From Octopus bimaculoides (Eukaryota), in the NCBI RefSeq assembly GCF_001194135.2, contig NC_068992.1, forward strand, positions 53,326,894 through 53,390,893: DNA of 64,000 nt, given 5' to 3'. The translations under genes and the position numbers were made by a program. Positions 12,991 to 26,965 of this stretch are shown in pieces (the first letter of the stretch is position 1; the number at the start of each line of letters is the position of its first letter). The notes below the pieces were generated by a model. The model ran no database searches. It saw only the letters and a program-made list of their open reading frames with translations, and was not told where the DNA came from.

Positions 12991-15900
12991 CCAAGTGCAA
13001 AAAGTCTCTCTTTTCAAGTGCAACAAATCACTCTTTCCAAGTACAAAAATTTAAGTGATTTTTATTTATCATTTGCTCTAAGATTACACGAAGGATCATT
13101 GTTGATTTTGCTCACGATGCAGTTTTATTATACGGCTTTTTACTATCACTGTATAGTAAGCAGTTTTTTGTTTGTTTGTTTTTTTGTGGTGAGTCTGTCT
13201 TCACTTTTTAAATTGCTCTGTGAACAAATTTCTAGATGTACGATAACATTTCATGAAAAAACACTCATCATTACCGACAGATTTTGTTTCTGTAGTTAAA
13301 AAAATGTAACAAAGAAGACACGACTGCAGGCCTCCCTGTGATTTCAAAAAATTCATAGAGCATATATACTGAGTTTAAATAATAGATGAAGTGTTTAAAA
13401 GTCAGAGGAAATATAATACAAGCAACCATATCCTGTTTATTTGATAGACTAACAATAAGTTAATACATATTTAACTTTGCACTGGCTGAAATATCTCGAA
13501 TTTTTAACTAACAGTTTATCTATAATACTATAAACTATACATGGTGTTCGGTAATAACTCTTCATTTTATTTGGTTTTATTTTGTTTGGTTAATATTCAG
13601 TGCTTAGACATCATTTTCGTTGGAGGAATCCATCGTAACTGCAATGTATATCATTACACAATACTCACAGTCTATCGTAAGCTTTATTCTGTATGCGCAC
13701 AATCCTACATACACTGAATCAACCATTTTTTCCTGTCAATACTCTCTTGAATATCTACCGCTATTCAATGCCGAATTTGTTTCTAATTTTTGTATCAAAG
13801 TTCCGTCGTTGATTTTCTGCAGTTCGAACAGAATATTAACCATCTCTTTCACACATGTTTTAGTGTCGCTGCGAAGGGCATGGAAACTACACAACTCTTT
13901 AGAGAAAATGTATTAAAAATATTTACTATTATAATAAAGTATTAACTTCCTGTGGTATTTTATTAATTAACTAGCAACTCTATTAAAAGGCCCATGAACA
14001 AGTACTATTTTCATTCACGATCATAGCGTAATTTGTAATGCTTAACCGGTAGGAGTGTTTTCTCTTTAAACAATGCGCTATACTTTACGTTGTTCTACTC
14101 GAATGAAGTATAAATTAATACCAGCCCAGTGGTGGTGCAGCTCGTCTGGTGTTAATTTATATTCTCACTCTAATTGTGATATCCTGGATGTATCGCTGGG
14201 TCGATGTATCGCTGGATGTATGGTTGAGTCGAAAGAGTGTGTAGATGCGTGTGTAGATGCGTGTGTCACTTCATGAGTACGCCGGCATCTAAAAGGCTTA
14301 GTGAATGAATGGTAAAAGTTACCAAACTACATTTGTTCGAGAGCGTCGAGTGGTTTTTTAATCAGATAGATTTAACGATAATAGTACAGTGTTATCGTTC
14401 CGATAGTCATTAACAGTTTGAGGCGTTATCTTTGACAAGTTTTTTTTTTTTGTGTTTTTTCTTATTCTAGGTCCTGTTATGATATAAGCGCCAGTCCATT
14501 TCTGAAAATTATTTAACCAATAGCGTCTTTGCTCCACATTGAATACCTAGTTTCAGACTTAGAAAACCTTATTAGATCGTGTGAGTGGTCCACTATTTGA
14601 ATCGTTGGAACGTCGCACCATTTTCTTCTTATTGTATATATTACGTCCTGAACTCATATCCCAGTGAGAATGCTTTTAAATTTCAAAGTTCCAGAGTGGA
14701 TACAGTCATTTACTTTAAGGAAATTAAATTGACTATACCTTTCTCTAAAACTGTGTGACTTACCATTACAGTATTCTACATTACCGCAGGACTAGAAGAG
14801 CCGAATTACATCCATTAGTTTACTTGGCCTGATTTTTTTTTCTTTTCTTTCTTTAAAATCTTCTAGGAACTCTTTTTGTCTCTCATGAGTGTCGTGATGA
14901 TTATATAACAAGATGAGTTTATTGGATTTGATGCTTCCCGCTAAATATTACCATTGTTACCCGAAAATTAATCGTTGTTAGACGCAAAACACACAGTGGC
15001 ACTCAATTTAAGATATGACGATACTGTCTTTAGATATGATTTTAAACCTATAACATCCGTAATTGCTAATAAAATGCTAATGGAACTCTTTACAAAATCT
15101 CTGCGTGATTTTTATCGATGTAATCGTAAATCAACGGAGTTTGTGATGTTTCTAAAATGTAGAAAACTTTAAATAGATAGGTAGAAAGATACACTGATAT
15201 ACATATATATATATANNNNNNNNNNNNNNNNNNNNNNNNNNNNNNNNNNNNNNNNNNNNNNNNNNNNNNNNNNNNNNNNNNNNNNNNNNNNNNNNNNNNN
15301 NNNNNNNNNNNNNNNNNNNNNNNNNNNNNNNNNNNNNNNNNNNNNNNNNNNNNNNNNNNNNNNNNNNNNNNNNNNNNNNNNNNNNNNNNNNNNNNNNNNN
15401 NNNNNNNNNNNNNNNNNNNNNNNNNNNNNNNNNNNNNNNNNNNNNNNNNNNNNNNNNNNNNNNNNNNNNNNNNNNNNNNNNNNNNNNNNNNNNNNNNNNN
15501 NNNNNNNNNNNNNNNNNNNNNNNNNNNNNNNNNNNNNNNNNNNNNNNNNNNNNNNNNNNNATATATATATATATATATATAAATATATATATATACAAAC
15601 ACACGCGAGCGCACCATATACAAACCTATGTATGCGTGTATGTATGTATTTATACATTCATATATACACGCACCCTCAAAACGCGCACAAAATCATATCG
15701 ATTCCGCGGACACGTGGAAGTAAGCTATTCAGAATTTAAGCGAGTCAATATTTGAAACTTTTACAAGCCTTCTAGATAGTCCACTGGAAAATATATTTCC
15801 TTTTACAAATACAAAACTAAATATGCTATAAATTTTCATACTCAAAATATATACAGTCCTCACTACATGCCAGACTAATATAAAAGTTTCCAATTTACTC

Positions 15901-16598
15901 CAAATAATCTACACTACATATGCTGTAAAATGTTACAATCCAAACCGCCTCCCTTTAATATCCAGTAGATATTTAAGCATAATTTGATGAAGTGTTAAGT
16001 AAATCACGCTGTCCTTCTTAAAAAGGCCTCATTGAATATTACCCAATGTATAAAATGCTGTTTAATGAGCATGATATGTGTAAATGTACAATTACTTGCG
16101 TAGGACGGTCGGTGTAATTATAAATACATATATGAATAGAGGTTTAATTGATGGTGTGTTCTTAGGTATGTTTTCTTAGTAATTACATGGTTAATTGCAT
16201 AATTGAAGATAACTCACTCCCTGTCAGTCACACACACACACACACACGCTTATATCCATACATACGTTTATAAAGTTATATATGTATGCGTGTGTGTGTG
16301 TATACACGCATATATATACATATATGCATGTATGTTTGTATATATGTATAGTTAGTTAAACCATTGCACACATTTTATGCACACCCTTATATATATGTCT
16401 AGTATACATTTATGTAGACCTTCGTATGAATGTCACTTCTTTGTTTTGTTTTTGTTTTTTTTTTTTATTGTGATATTTGTTTCCAAGAATTGACTACATT
16501 TTTTTTTCTGGCATGCTATGTGGGTCATAACTGACTAGGTTGTTTTTTTTTTTTTATCAGAATTTGCTTATCTCCCTTTTCTACGTTGCCGAGTGTTA

Positions 16599-16843
16599 TG
16601 CGCGGCACCTTGGTTCAGTCACTTCCACTATTGCCTCGAGCTTACCAAAGGCTTGAAAGTAGACTTGGTTGAAGGAAACTGAAAGAAACTTGTCGTATGT
16701 ATATGTGCGTATTATTGTGTGAATGTGTGCTTGTGTATTTTAAAAAATACATATGTATATGTCTTTGTGATTGTGCTTGTCCACCATCACAGCTTGACAA
16801 TCAGTGCTAATTTGCTTAGACCATCAGTAAAAAGAAAAGAGAC
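16599..16843 (+). mobile_element. Degenerate SINE family C copy lacking its head
   Basis: TGCGCGGCACCTTGG..CTTCCACTATTGCCTCG..ACCAAAGGCTTG..GGAAACTGAAAGAAACTTGTCGTAT..GCTTGACAATCAGTGCT is colinear with 23410-23853. Confidence 0.75.
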
Positions 16844-17301
16844 CTATAAATTTATTGAAGGTTTTACCTCAGCATGGACCCTTTCCGAAGACTGAAACAA
16901 GGGATAAAAGATACATACACACACTCAGAAGCCCACACATACACACATACCACACGCGCGTGTACACACACACATGTATTCGTATATGTAAATTAATTCA
17001 CGCTTATGCTCTTTTTGTGTTCTCAATTCAGCTCTCATCCTACATATACTATTAAATACGATTACATGAATTTACGGCAGGCATTTTTCTTTCATTGATT
17101 GAGCACTTAAGTGTTCAGTGTTAGTGTTCGCTGTTCTCTCTCACATATAAATTGTTTCTAGACACACCACCCATTTTTTAGTGAATGGTTAGAAACTTCA
17201 GTGCAAAAAAATTACTTCTTTTTATTGCATTTTATTGCATTTTTTAATTTCTAACGATTCTATCTGTGTGAATACGTACGTTTGTGTGTACACACACATA
17301 A

Positions 17302-17334
<33 letters not shown>

Positions 17335-17959
17335 CTTTGTAAACTTCAAAATGAGTTACGCAAAAATATGAAATGAGTTAATGTAAAAAGGAAACGCACA
17401 GAAAAACGGAACACAATAAAATTAAGTACACGAAAAACAAAATCCAATAATTCAATAAAAATTATTCGCGCATCTAATCATATCGTGTAATACTACAATT
17501 TCTATTAGATCGTGTTAGCAATAACAGTAGTTATAAATATATTCAAACACTAGAAAATCATGGAGAGAAAATTTATTTTATTTTGGTGTTATTCGTTAGA
17601 TTTTTTGCTACCTTCCTCTTGTGTCAGCAATTTCTACAGATTATGTAATAACGTGTAAATGCAAGGCGCATCAGATGTGAATCTAATTGTTTTGCATTAT
17701 AGATGCATTCAGCGTTTTTCGTTACTTATATTTCAGATAAAACAATTGAATAAATTTCATTCGCTGTATATTTTAATACTGTGTAGTTATTATGAAATAA
17801 ATATTCAGCTTTCTTTTTGTATTGAATTTGATTACCATTTACAGGGATATATGTAACTCATATTCAGTATATGAGTACCTGGAGTTCGGTGCACTGAGTT
17901 AAATCTTCATTGAGGAATAACTTTTAAGGGAATCTTCATCTGGTTAGAAATTCTGGATG

Positions 17960-19052
17960 AAGACCCATTTCTGCAGAGACATTTCGCCGCCGGCTAAAAT
18001 CTTTCAATCTGTCTTTTTCAATCTGTGGAAGTTTATTGGTATTTTGTCTCTCTCGCTTATCAAGTGTCTAGTGGCTATCTCCTGCTTATGTGGAGCAAAG
18101 GCATATCCTTCTGAGTGGAATATAATGTATCTATGACAGGTTCAGGAGAGGCTACACTTTCTGTCAATGCTGCTGTTGCTCTCTAGGATACTGGATGTGT
18201 ACCCCTGCATTGCTTTTTTGCTGTTATGATACCTGCTTCTTCAAGCTTCTACTTATGTAGGCCATTCCAACCTCTTTTGGGTCGTATTACACAGTTGTAT
18301 TCTCAGAGTACCTGAACAGTAGTTCTACAGCTCTGAAGAGGCTGTTGTTCTTACATTTGTGTATGCATGGAATGTACTTATTCCTTCCTTTATTGTTCAA
18401 CAGGTGCTGTCTGAGTGATACAATTAAAAGGTGTTTGGACTAAACTTATGCTTCTATCGTTATAACCTCATAACACATAGATCCTATCGCCGTGGCTCTT
18501 GACATGAAATTTACCAGTAGTGGCCAGTACATCCAATTTCTAGGCTGCGTATTTCGTCGAGCATTCAGTCCAATGTCCCAAATGTTGGTATTAGCACAAG
18601 CACTAGAAAAGCATCGTGAGATATGGTCTCACATTGCGAGATATGAGTTTCATATTTTCCGGAATCTACAGTAGTATATCTTTGTTATTCTGGTTTTAGT
18701 CACAAAACCAACATATATTATATTTCCAACGATTCCGAGATACTTGTAGCTTTAATCATTAGTGATGTGGAAGATAGACAAGCCGTCGATCTACATGCTC
18801 TCTGTCTGATCGACAAGGTTTCCTCAGTCGACTAAAATATATGAGCATATACCTTTCCAAAACTCCATTCCTATATCGCGTGAGAATGTTGTGACTAGTT
18901 CTAATTGACTCTTGATGTTGGTCATATTACCAGAATATAATTTATGTCATCAACAAAAAATGTGTGGCTTATTCTTTTCTGCATATTCCAGCATGTAGCC
19001 ATGACATTTTATTAACAGGTCTTACGAGGTGTTCACTGGCATTATAAACATT
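17960..19052 (-). mobile_element. Decayed RLE-type LINE fragment: RT C-terminal motifs through the pre-zinc-finger region
   Basis: Minus-strand translation with frameshifts: HIF-FVDD (RT catalytic motif), KSQLELVTTFSRDIGMEF, SYKYLGI, HDAFLVLVLIPTFGTLD*MLDEIRSL, IDRKCSLS* and SEGYAFAPHKQEIATRHL. These are typical R4/Dong-like RT, thumb and linker motifs. Absent from the ORF track because of stops. Confidence 0.85.
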
Positions 19053-19054
19053 TC

Positions 19055-19170
19055 GTCTGTCTGTCTGTATGTATGTATGTATGTATGTATGTATGTATGT
19101 ACGTGCGTACGTATGTATGTATGTATGTATGTATGTATGTATGTATGTATGTACGCATGTATGTATGTGT
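19055..19170. repeat. (TCTG)/(TATG)n tetranucleotide repeat
   Basis: Read directly. Confidence 0.95.
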
Positions 19171-22100
19171 ATATGTACTGACACAGCATCAACGATATCC
19201 TAAAATTGGTGTATTACTGTAAATCTACTTTTGATTTAGAAAATCTTGGAGTGGCTCTACGGATAGACTACTGAAGAATTTTTGAATTCCAAAAATAATC
19301 ACACCCCAAAATTGTTACCTGTACTACAGATCATCCCTTCTATGGAAATGTGGTACTTCTTGACTGCAAGAAATTCTCACCACACGTTTCGGCCGTTAGC
19401 ATAAATATAGCACGAATTTTCTGCCTCTCGTTTCAAGCTGTAACATAAAGAAACCCTTTAAACAGGCTTGTATATACTCAAAAATATTAGTGAGTGCATC
19501 TATCCACAATGCAACGTCTCCACAGAATTAATCAACTTAATCGTTAACTTTGCTGTTCACGTTACTTCTTTAAATGTTCTTTTTGACACACGTAGGTCCG
19601 CAAACTTCATATTTAAGACATTTCTGAATAAAACTTGAGGGTTTTGACTATGATTATAATGATATATTGATGGTTGCAGTTAAATTGACTATGCAATTCA
19701 CAAAATATTATGATTTAGAATTTAAAGTAAAAAATAAAATCTGCCCTTAAAACAAAATATGGCTCCTCTTATATGATATTAACGGCTTCCTATAAATTGA
19801 CTGCTACTGAAGTCTAAAAGGATTTTTAACTATAATTAAAATTAAAATATTAAGCTGCCCTGTTATGTAGAGGTTTACTGTAGTATTGTGATTCTAATCT
19901 ACCAATCGTGAATTTCTCTAGTGATGTGTGTAAATATTAGCGAAAGATTTAGGTGGAACTTATGTATACTAGATACGATTAAAGCATTGCTGATGACAAA
20001 CTCTCCACTGTCACTCCGAAAATACTTAATGATGAAGTTACAAAGGTGAGTGTAATAACCCCCACTACATCTAGATGCACGGAACACATGCTCGTGGATA
20101 TAAAGAAAGAGATAAGCTCAAGATTATGGATGTTAAATGAATACATGCACGATTCGTGTCTCTTTAATGAGAATTTGGTTCTTTTGACGGACGTATAGGA
20201 GAAAGGCCGCAATAAACCAGCTAGAACTGATAGTAATATAAATAAAGTCAGCAATTAAACAAATCACAATTAAGGACACCTAAGAACCTAATTAAATACG
20301 TCAATTATCATAAAATTAAAACTCCGAGGAAGCTGTGAATTAGTCTGGTATATATTGATGACAATTAGTCGCTAGGAACATCCGATAAATTTTAATTTCC
20401 GGGAGGAAATATAGATTGTAAGGGTTCCGATATTTACCTTGTCTGAAAGTGAGAAGAGATCGTAGCAGCGTCACTTGGGGCTAGGCTTGTAAATTTACTC
20501 ATTTACTGATTCTCAGACATAGAGGAAATCTAAAAACTAGATTCTATGCATTTTGCCCATCGATTAAACTTATTTCCTTCTCATGTAATCTCTGTTGCGT
20601 ATAGAAATGGTTACCATTTCTGAATACATACAAGAAAACTAGGTACATTTGTTCGTTTGCAATGCAAGACATATTATTGATGTGTTATCAAGTTTCAAAT
20701 GTATTTGCGTATGACTTTTTTGCTTTTCTTTTTCCATAATCTGTGCGAGTTGACAAGACATTCTTTTAGTTGAAAGCATTTGGACAAGTTCTTCATTTCG
20801 AAAAGCGACAGTAAAATGACAACATCACAGACATAGTCATCGTTTTGTTGTAAACGAACGTTACTGATTCTCTAGCAATGATGTCATTTATCTTGAACAA
20901 TTTTGGTGGTTCCTGTAAGTGGTATTTGAAATTTCTGGGTAGCGTTGTCATAACAACTGACAAACATGATCCGTGTATATATTTCCTGCTGTTACGACCG
21001 CATTTTTTTTATAACCCTTCATGTATTTCTCTAATTCCTCACGTTCCTTTATAATTACGCAGCATTTATTCCTTTAATTCCTGTTTGATACTCAAATTTC
21101 AAATTAATCCTCAGTAGAACCTGAATAGCATTTATATACGATCATTTCAGTTACCACGATGTCAAATAGGGTAACAGCAATAGTTATTCCGTCATCACCA
21201 TGTTTTGCACACTGACCTCGCTACCAATTTTCCTTAGGTCAAAAGCAATAATATGTAGTAAAAGAATTGACTCTATTCTTGTTGTTCTATTCTCTAATGT
21301 CTCCTTTTCTAGACTAATGGCATCATACGTAGAGTATTTCCATATTTCTAATGTTACTGAAATCAATAGTTTTCTATTAACAATCATGCTGTACAAACAA
21401 CCGATAATGGACTCTACGCATTTGCATGTTTTCGTGCAGCAACTGTGGAGGTAATTAAAAAGGCATTTCTGACTGACATTGGGTACATTCCATTCAGATA
21501 TCTTGTTGCACGTGTAACAAGAGTTACTTTGTTTTGTGGTGTGAAACTATTTCTTCCCAGGGAAAATCATTAAATCTAAATTTGCCATTTAGCTACTCTA
21601 ATGTTGCGGTATGTTTTGTACGGTCTTCCTGCGGTTTGTCCAATTGGCGCCACCCATCACACTTGAGGCCGACTAATCTAGATTTATATTCACTGCCCAC
21701 AATAACAATGCGAATCATGAAATTGGTATTACCACATAACGTCATACGATCTAATTTGAGGGCGTTTGAGTATTGTTATATGCATGTGGATTATGTATAT
21801 GTATATGCGCTATGTGTGAGTATTTGCAAGTATGACACTTAATCCATTTAAGAATTGTAGGTAACAAAATGTCTAAACATAAAACTAATCAAGAATATAT
21901 TTCATCAGTTACATCTTTAACATTCCTTCGCATGTAAGAGAATTATCTCTCACAGAATTTGGATTTGGTTCTGCATTGTTTCAATGACCAACTTGCTAAA
22001 TTTTTAAAAGTGTAAATACTTATGGTTGTAACTGTGTTTCATGCATTAGACAATAGTAGAGCAATATGTATTCAGTCGGTAGCTTGGGATACAATATATC

Positions 22101-23409
22101 AGCGATATTATATACCAGGATTATACATCAGAGAACTATTCAGTATTAATGTTTTCAGCTTAAATTTAGTGTTTCAAAAATCAATGATAAACGTATCAAT
22201 AGGGCACATGATCAGTTTATTCTGAAATAGGTACGTAGCGATATTTTGATGAAAAAGAATGGGCGCCGAGTTAGTTATACCAACGGCATTAGTGATATTA
22301 GAAATATGAATTTGACCCAACTTAAATGCGAAACAGAGACGCTCATCCTTCTGTAAAACAGAATTACATTTTGTTATTCGTTGTGCATCACATAAAAGTG
22401 AAACATATTACTGACTATTAGATATGTAACTTAACGATTGGCGAATAAACCATTAAGCTTCAGTTTTATCACTCTGTTACAAGAAGTCATCTGAAAATGA
22501 AGCTTAAACTGTTTTGTTTCATTAATGTAGAGTGCACATTTTGAAATCTTATTTCCTGATTTCTTTCAGACATCTATAATTTCCAATTAGCAAACAGACA
22601 GTGACAAACCAGCTGGACATTATCTACTAGAGACATCAGCAACTAAAATACATTAATTGCTTATAGACTAATAATTCATTGGATCAGATGTTATTGCTGT
22701 ATGGTATCTTCATTCAGCTATATTCATCTACAGTGTTTATCTACCATCTGTCTGCCTTGAGCGTGAAACAATACAATAACACGTTCTTTCAGAAAGATAG
22801 TTGTGCTTCTCATTTTCATAGTTTTTCTGTCGACTGTGAATATATACAACATGGACATCAGAATAAAACACACTGGAAAATATGAGTGTAAATCATAATT
22901 CAGAGTATTTACCTTAGTTGGTCTGCCATTAATTTACGTCACTAATACCATTTGAAAATTGATAATATTTATGTGTAAGATGCAGTCACCACATCATTAA
23001 TCCCTAGAAGCCTTAGAAAAATTACAGCTAGTGCTAAATTTGTGTTTGATAATTTCATTGCATAGCTGCTTAGCATTCGTGGATGAAGACATTATGGGAG
23101 GAAGTGACTGAATACTTGCTGGCACCGAACTGAAGGCATAGTTTACGAAACTTTTTGTTAGTTAGGTGGCTGAATTCAAGTTGAAATGTGGGCACAATCT
23201 GGAATAGCAATGGCTCCGCTAGGAAAAAACTCCTACATAAAGTCAACAGGCACTAGATTCTTCAAAAGCTGAATGGTATTCAATGTTCTGTTTCCGTTTA
23301 AAAATCCACATGAAATATTCTAATGTATTTTTACAATGTATTTTCCTGAAGGGCATTATTTGAATGCCGCCACCGTCTACTTTCAATTCCTTGATTCTTA
23401 GTGGCTATA

Positions 23410-23574
23410 GGCGTAGGAGTGGCCGTGTGGTAAGTAGCTAGCTTACCAACCACATGGTCCCGGGTTCAGTCCCACTGCGCGGCATCTTGGGCAAGTGTCT
23501 TCTACTATAGCCTCGGGCCGACCAAAGCCTTGTGAGTGGATTTGGTAGACGGAAACTGAAAGAAGCCCGTCGTA

Positions 23575-23609
<35 letters not shown>

Positions 23610-23853
23610 NNNNNNNNNNGTGTGTGTGTGTATGTTTGTATGTGTGTGCTTGTCCCCCCAACATCGCTTGACAACCGATGCTGGTGTGTTTATGTCCCCG
23701 TAACTAAGCGGTTCGGCAAAAGAGATCCATAGAATAAGTACTAGGCTTCTAAAGAATAAGTCCTGGGGTCGATTTGCTCGACTAAAAGGCGGTGCTCCAG
23801 CATGGCCACAGTCAAAAGACTGAAATAAGTAAAAGAGTAAAAGAGTAAAAGAG
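23410..23853 (+). mobile_element. Full-length tRNA-derived SINE, family C, with internal (TA)n/(TG)n tract and (AGTAAAAG)n tail
   Basis: Head GGCGTAGGAGTGGCCGTGTGGTAAG (A-box-like) and GGTTCAGTCCC (B-box-like); homologous copies at 16.6, 40.4 and 61.4 kb. Confidence 0.92.
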
Positions 23854-23997
23854 CAGCATTTAAATAATAAACCAAAAGTGAAATTCATTCAAAGTTGGGA
23901 CATTATCAAGAATTCTTCTAGAACGTTCGTGTCAATTATACCAAGTAAATATAAGCTGATCACCACGTAAAAGATGTTGTTATAGAAAACAGAATAT

Positions 23998-24190
23998 TTA
24001 TTTCTTTATTAGCCACAGAGGGCTAAACATAGAGGGGGAAAATAAGAGATGAAGTCGATTACATTGGCCCCAATGCGCAACTGGTACTAATTTAATCGAC
24101 CCCGAAAGTATCAAAGGCAAAGTCGACCTCGGCGGAGTTTGAACTCGTATCGTAACGTTAGATGAAATATCGCAAAGCATTTCGCCCGGC
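23998..24190 (-). mobile_element. SINE family B copy, 5-prime truncated
   Basis: AGTCGATTACATTGGCCCCAATGCGCAACTGGTACT..GGCAAAGTCGACCTCGGCGGAGTTTGAACTC..AAGCATTTCGCCCGGC matches the other family B copies. Confidence 0.88.
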
Positions 24191-25730
24191 CTATGACTGT
24201 TTGAAAATTAAGAATTTGAGGTTTCATTTATAGGATTTTGCAATGACCAGTATTTTTATCGTAACAGCATTACCAGGCGGGTTGCCAACCAAGACTCAGA
24301 GAGTCTACAGCAACTCTCATATACACATAGTCGAATAGCTGTCGACTCTCATGTGTTCCTTCGCATTTGGCGGGTTATGTTTTTCGTCCGGTAGGGTGTT
24401 CAAACAGCACTCCCTACATTTCCACATTGTATATAGCTAATATGTCCCCAGAGTACATCCATGAAATTATTTATGATGATTAACCAGCTAAAGAACATAA
24501 ATAAACGAAAATTATAAACGTGAAAATTAAATGGCAAAGAAAGGAAGAAGGTAGAAAAGAAGGAAAGAACGATTGATCGATAGAAAATAGAAAAAGATTG
24601 CTAATTTATGGATTTTTTATCGCAGAGAATGCTCAGCCTGCCAGAGAAGTATTTGCCAAACTCTACATTAATATCCACCCACAAAAAGATTGTTAAGGTT
24701 TGATTTATGAGATTGTTTTCAGAACTTTACTATAGAGATTAATAAATATGAATAGGATGTGGAACTCCAAGTGACATGTTTCCCACAAACCCCCTTTGTG
24801 TTTGAGTTTGTGTTAATCTTAGAATCTTTTAAAGTCTGCTTTTAAGCTTCCATGAATCTATTACGCTGTGCTCAAACACGATGTCTTCCATATTAAATCG
24901 TAGTTGACGGTTGATTTTGGTTGCTTAAAGTATGGTATTGTAAAAGCAACTTGATATGCTGAATATCAGCATAGTAACATAGTATGATAGCCCATCCGAG
25001 AACCTTTGTATGACAAATTTTCTCCAATCACTTTTTTGCTTAGAATTTCCCTTGGGCGTGCCATGTAGACATGATTAATATTTTTAGTATGAGACTTGTT
25101 CAAGCATTCATACACTATCCAACTCTGAGAACATTTGAGGATAAATGCAAAGGTGAAAGTGTTATTACCGCTAATTAAGATAGTAATACCTGTATTTTAT
25201 CAGTCCCCCATTTTGTACCTTAGTTTTCAAAAATCTTTATTTGTCTTGATGACATCTTAGCAACAATGCAAGCAGTTGCGATACAGTATACTTCCAAGGT
25301 GCTCAAAATTCCCTACATTTATTTTACTTCAGCTCGACTTATTCCAAGAGGATTAATCTGTTTTAGGACAGAAGAATGCATTATTTCTCTTTTACTCCTT
25401 CTCGTATTGAGTCCAAAGTTGTAACACAATTCAAAGGTTCATGTTTTCATCCTGAACACATCTTGAACAAGAAATCAACATTCATCTGCAAACAGCAGTT
25501 GACAGTTAACTATAGACGCTGGAATTTGCTTTTAAGCTTACAACTTGTGAAGGCTGAACAATAGGTTACTACATCCGTTCGAAATAGTGTCTGAAAGCAT
25601 AATGATAAAAAAGAAACAAATGCTAAAATACAACAACACCGTTCACACAACTTATGACAGAAGATGATACAGACATGATCAGGCATACAATCGTGAAACA
25701 AAATGTGCAACACGTACATATGTATATATG

Positions 25731-25763
<33 letters not shown>

Positions 25764-26159
25764 NNNNNNNNNNNNNNNNNNNNNNNNNNNNNNNNNNNNN
25801 NNNNNNNNNNNNNNNNNNNNNNNNNNNNNNNNNNNNNNNNNNNNNNNNNNNNNNNNNNNNNNNNNNNNNNNNNNNNNNNNNNNNNNNNNNNNNNNNNNNN
25901 NNNNNNNNNNNNNNNNNNNNNNNNNNNTATATATATATACATATAAACAAGTTTGAACAATATTTGAGAAAGGTTGTTTCTAAATTACCGCAACATTGTA
26001 TGTCAAAATACTTGATGAGGTCAGCAAAGATCTTGTCTCATTCTGCTCACTGCACCTTTTGACTTGTCTACCATCGAAAACAGTATCAGTATCTAATGCA
26101 CGCTATTCCTCCATTTTAAAATAATTAAGGTGTGTGGTGTGTGGGCGTGTATGTAAGTA

Positions 26160-26965
26160 CATGGAGTTGGGGATAAATTCGTCAACTTTTTTATGCCTCC
26201 TTTTTTCAAGAACACCTTGATGTATTGGCGAACAATGACCGGCATAGGAGAATAATTGAGAAAGAGGTAACTTCATACAGAGAGGACTGGAACCTATCTG
26301 AATCCTGGGAAAGAGTTACTTGCATCATAATGATTTGCACCAGGTGTCAGAATGCCACCATCATCATTGAGGCTCAATGCTTTGTGAGCATTGTGAAGTC
26401 TGTAAGACGTGGCATGAACAACTGCAACGGAGATTAAGTAGCCGTGGCCAGCAGGAAAAGACACAACAAGCGATCTGTATTCATCCTCACATCTCTGAAC
26501 TTGGCCTTAGGCTTTATGAAGCTTCTGGCGATTGTGGTATTAACCTGGCGGGAGAGGATTCCCATTGGAAGGCCATATGTGTGTGGCACGAGGATTCGGC
26601 TTCTTGCCATAACTCCGGACAGAGCCAGAAGTGGTTGTCGGAGAATTTCTACGACTTCACCAGTTCCAAATCTCTGGTCACGTAATTCTCCTAATTGTAA
26701 TCGCAAGGCTTACTATGTGTGGAGCGCGGTTGGGAAAGAGAGCCACCGCTCTGCCTGCAACACCAAGGCCGAGCTAATGGCCAGGACCAAGGTGTTCGCA
26801 GGTCTTCCCAGAGACACAGTGTGGAATGCGTGCCCCTGTACCAGACGTTTCTTGAAGGTATGGTGGAAGCTGAGTGTGACACCTTCGAGTAAACTCTGAA
26901 TTTTAAAATTGTGTTTGTTTTTTTTTCTTTCGTTGTAAACTATCGGATTTAGCCCGAATACCTTG
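26160..26965 (+). mobile_element. Internally deleted Tc1/mariner element of the DD37D (maT) type with degenerate TIRs and TA flanks
   Basis: Frameshifted VWHEDSASCHNSGQSQKWLSENFYDFTS-PNLWSRNSPNCNRKAYYVWSAV..CNTKAELMAR, with an N-terminal HTH-like region fused directly to it. Termini TACATGGAGTTGGGGATAAATTCG and (reverse complement) TACAAGGTATTCGGGCTAAATCCG match at 18 of 24 positions. Confidence 0.85.

Noticed and set aside
11135-19052. Idea that the two RLE-LINE fragments are halves of one inverted element
   Set aside because: The domain order is complementary, but there is no shared TSD or overlapping sequence, they are 6 kb apart, and they may belong to different families.
23410-23480. 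tRNA-like heads as genuine tRNA genes (also near 4440-4510, 45490-45562 and 62950-63022)
   Set aside because: A/B-box-like motifs are present, but they continue into SINE bodies and lack a complete cloverleaf.
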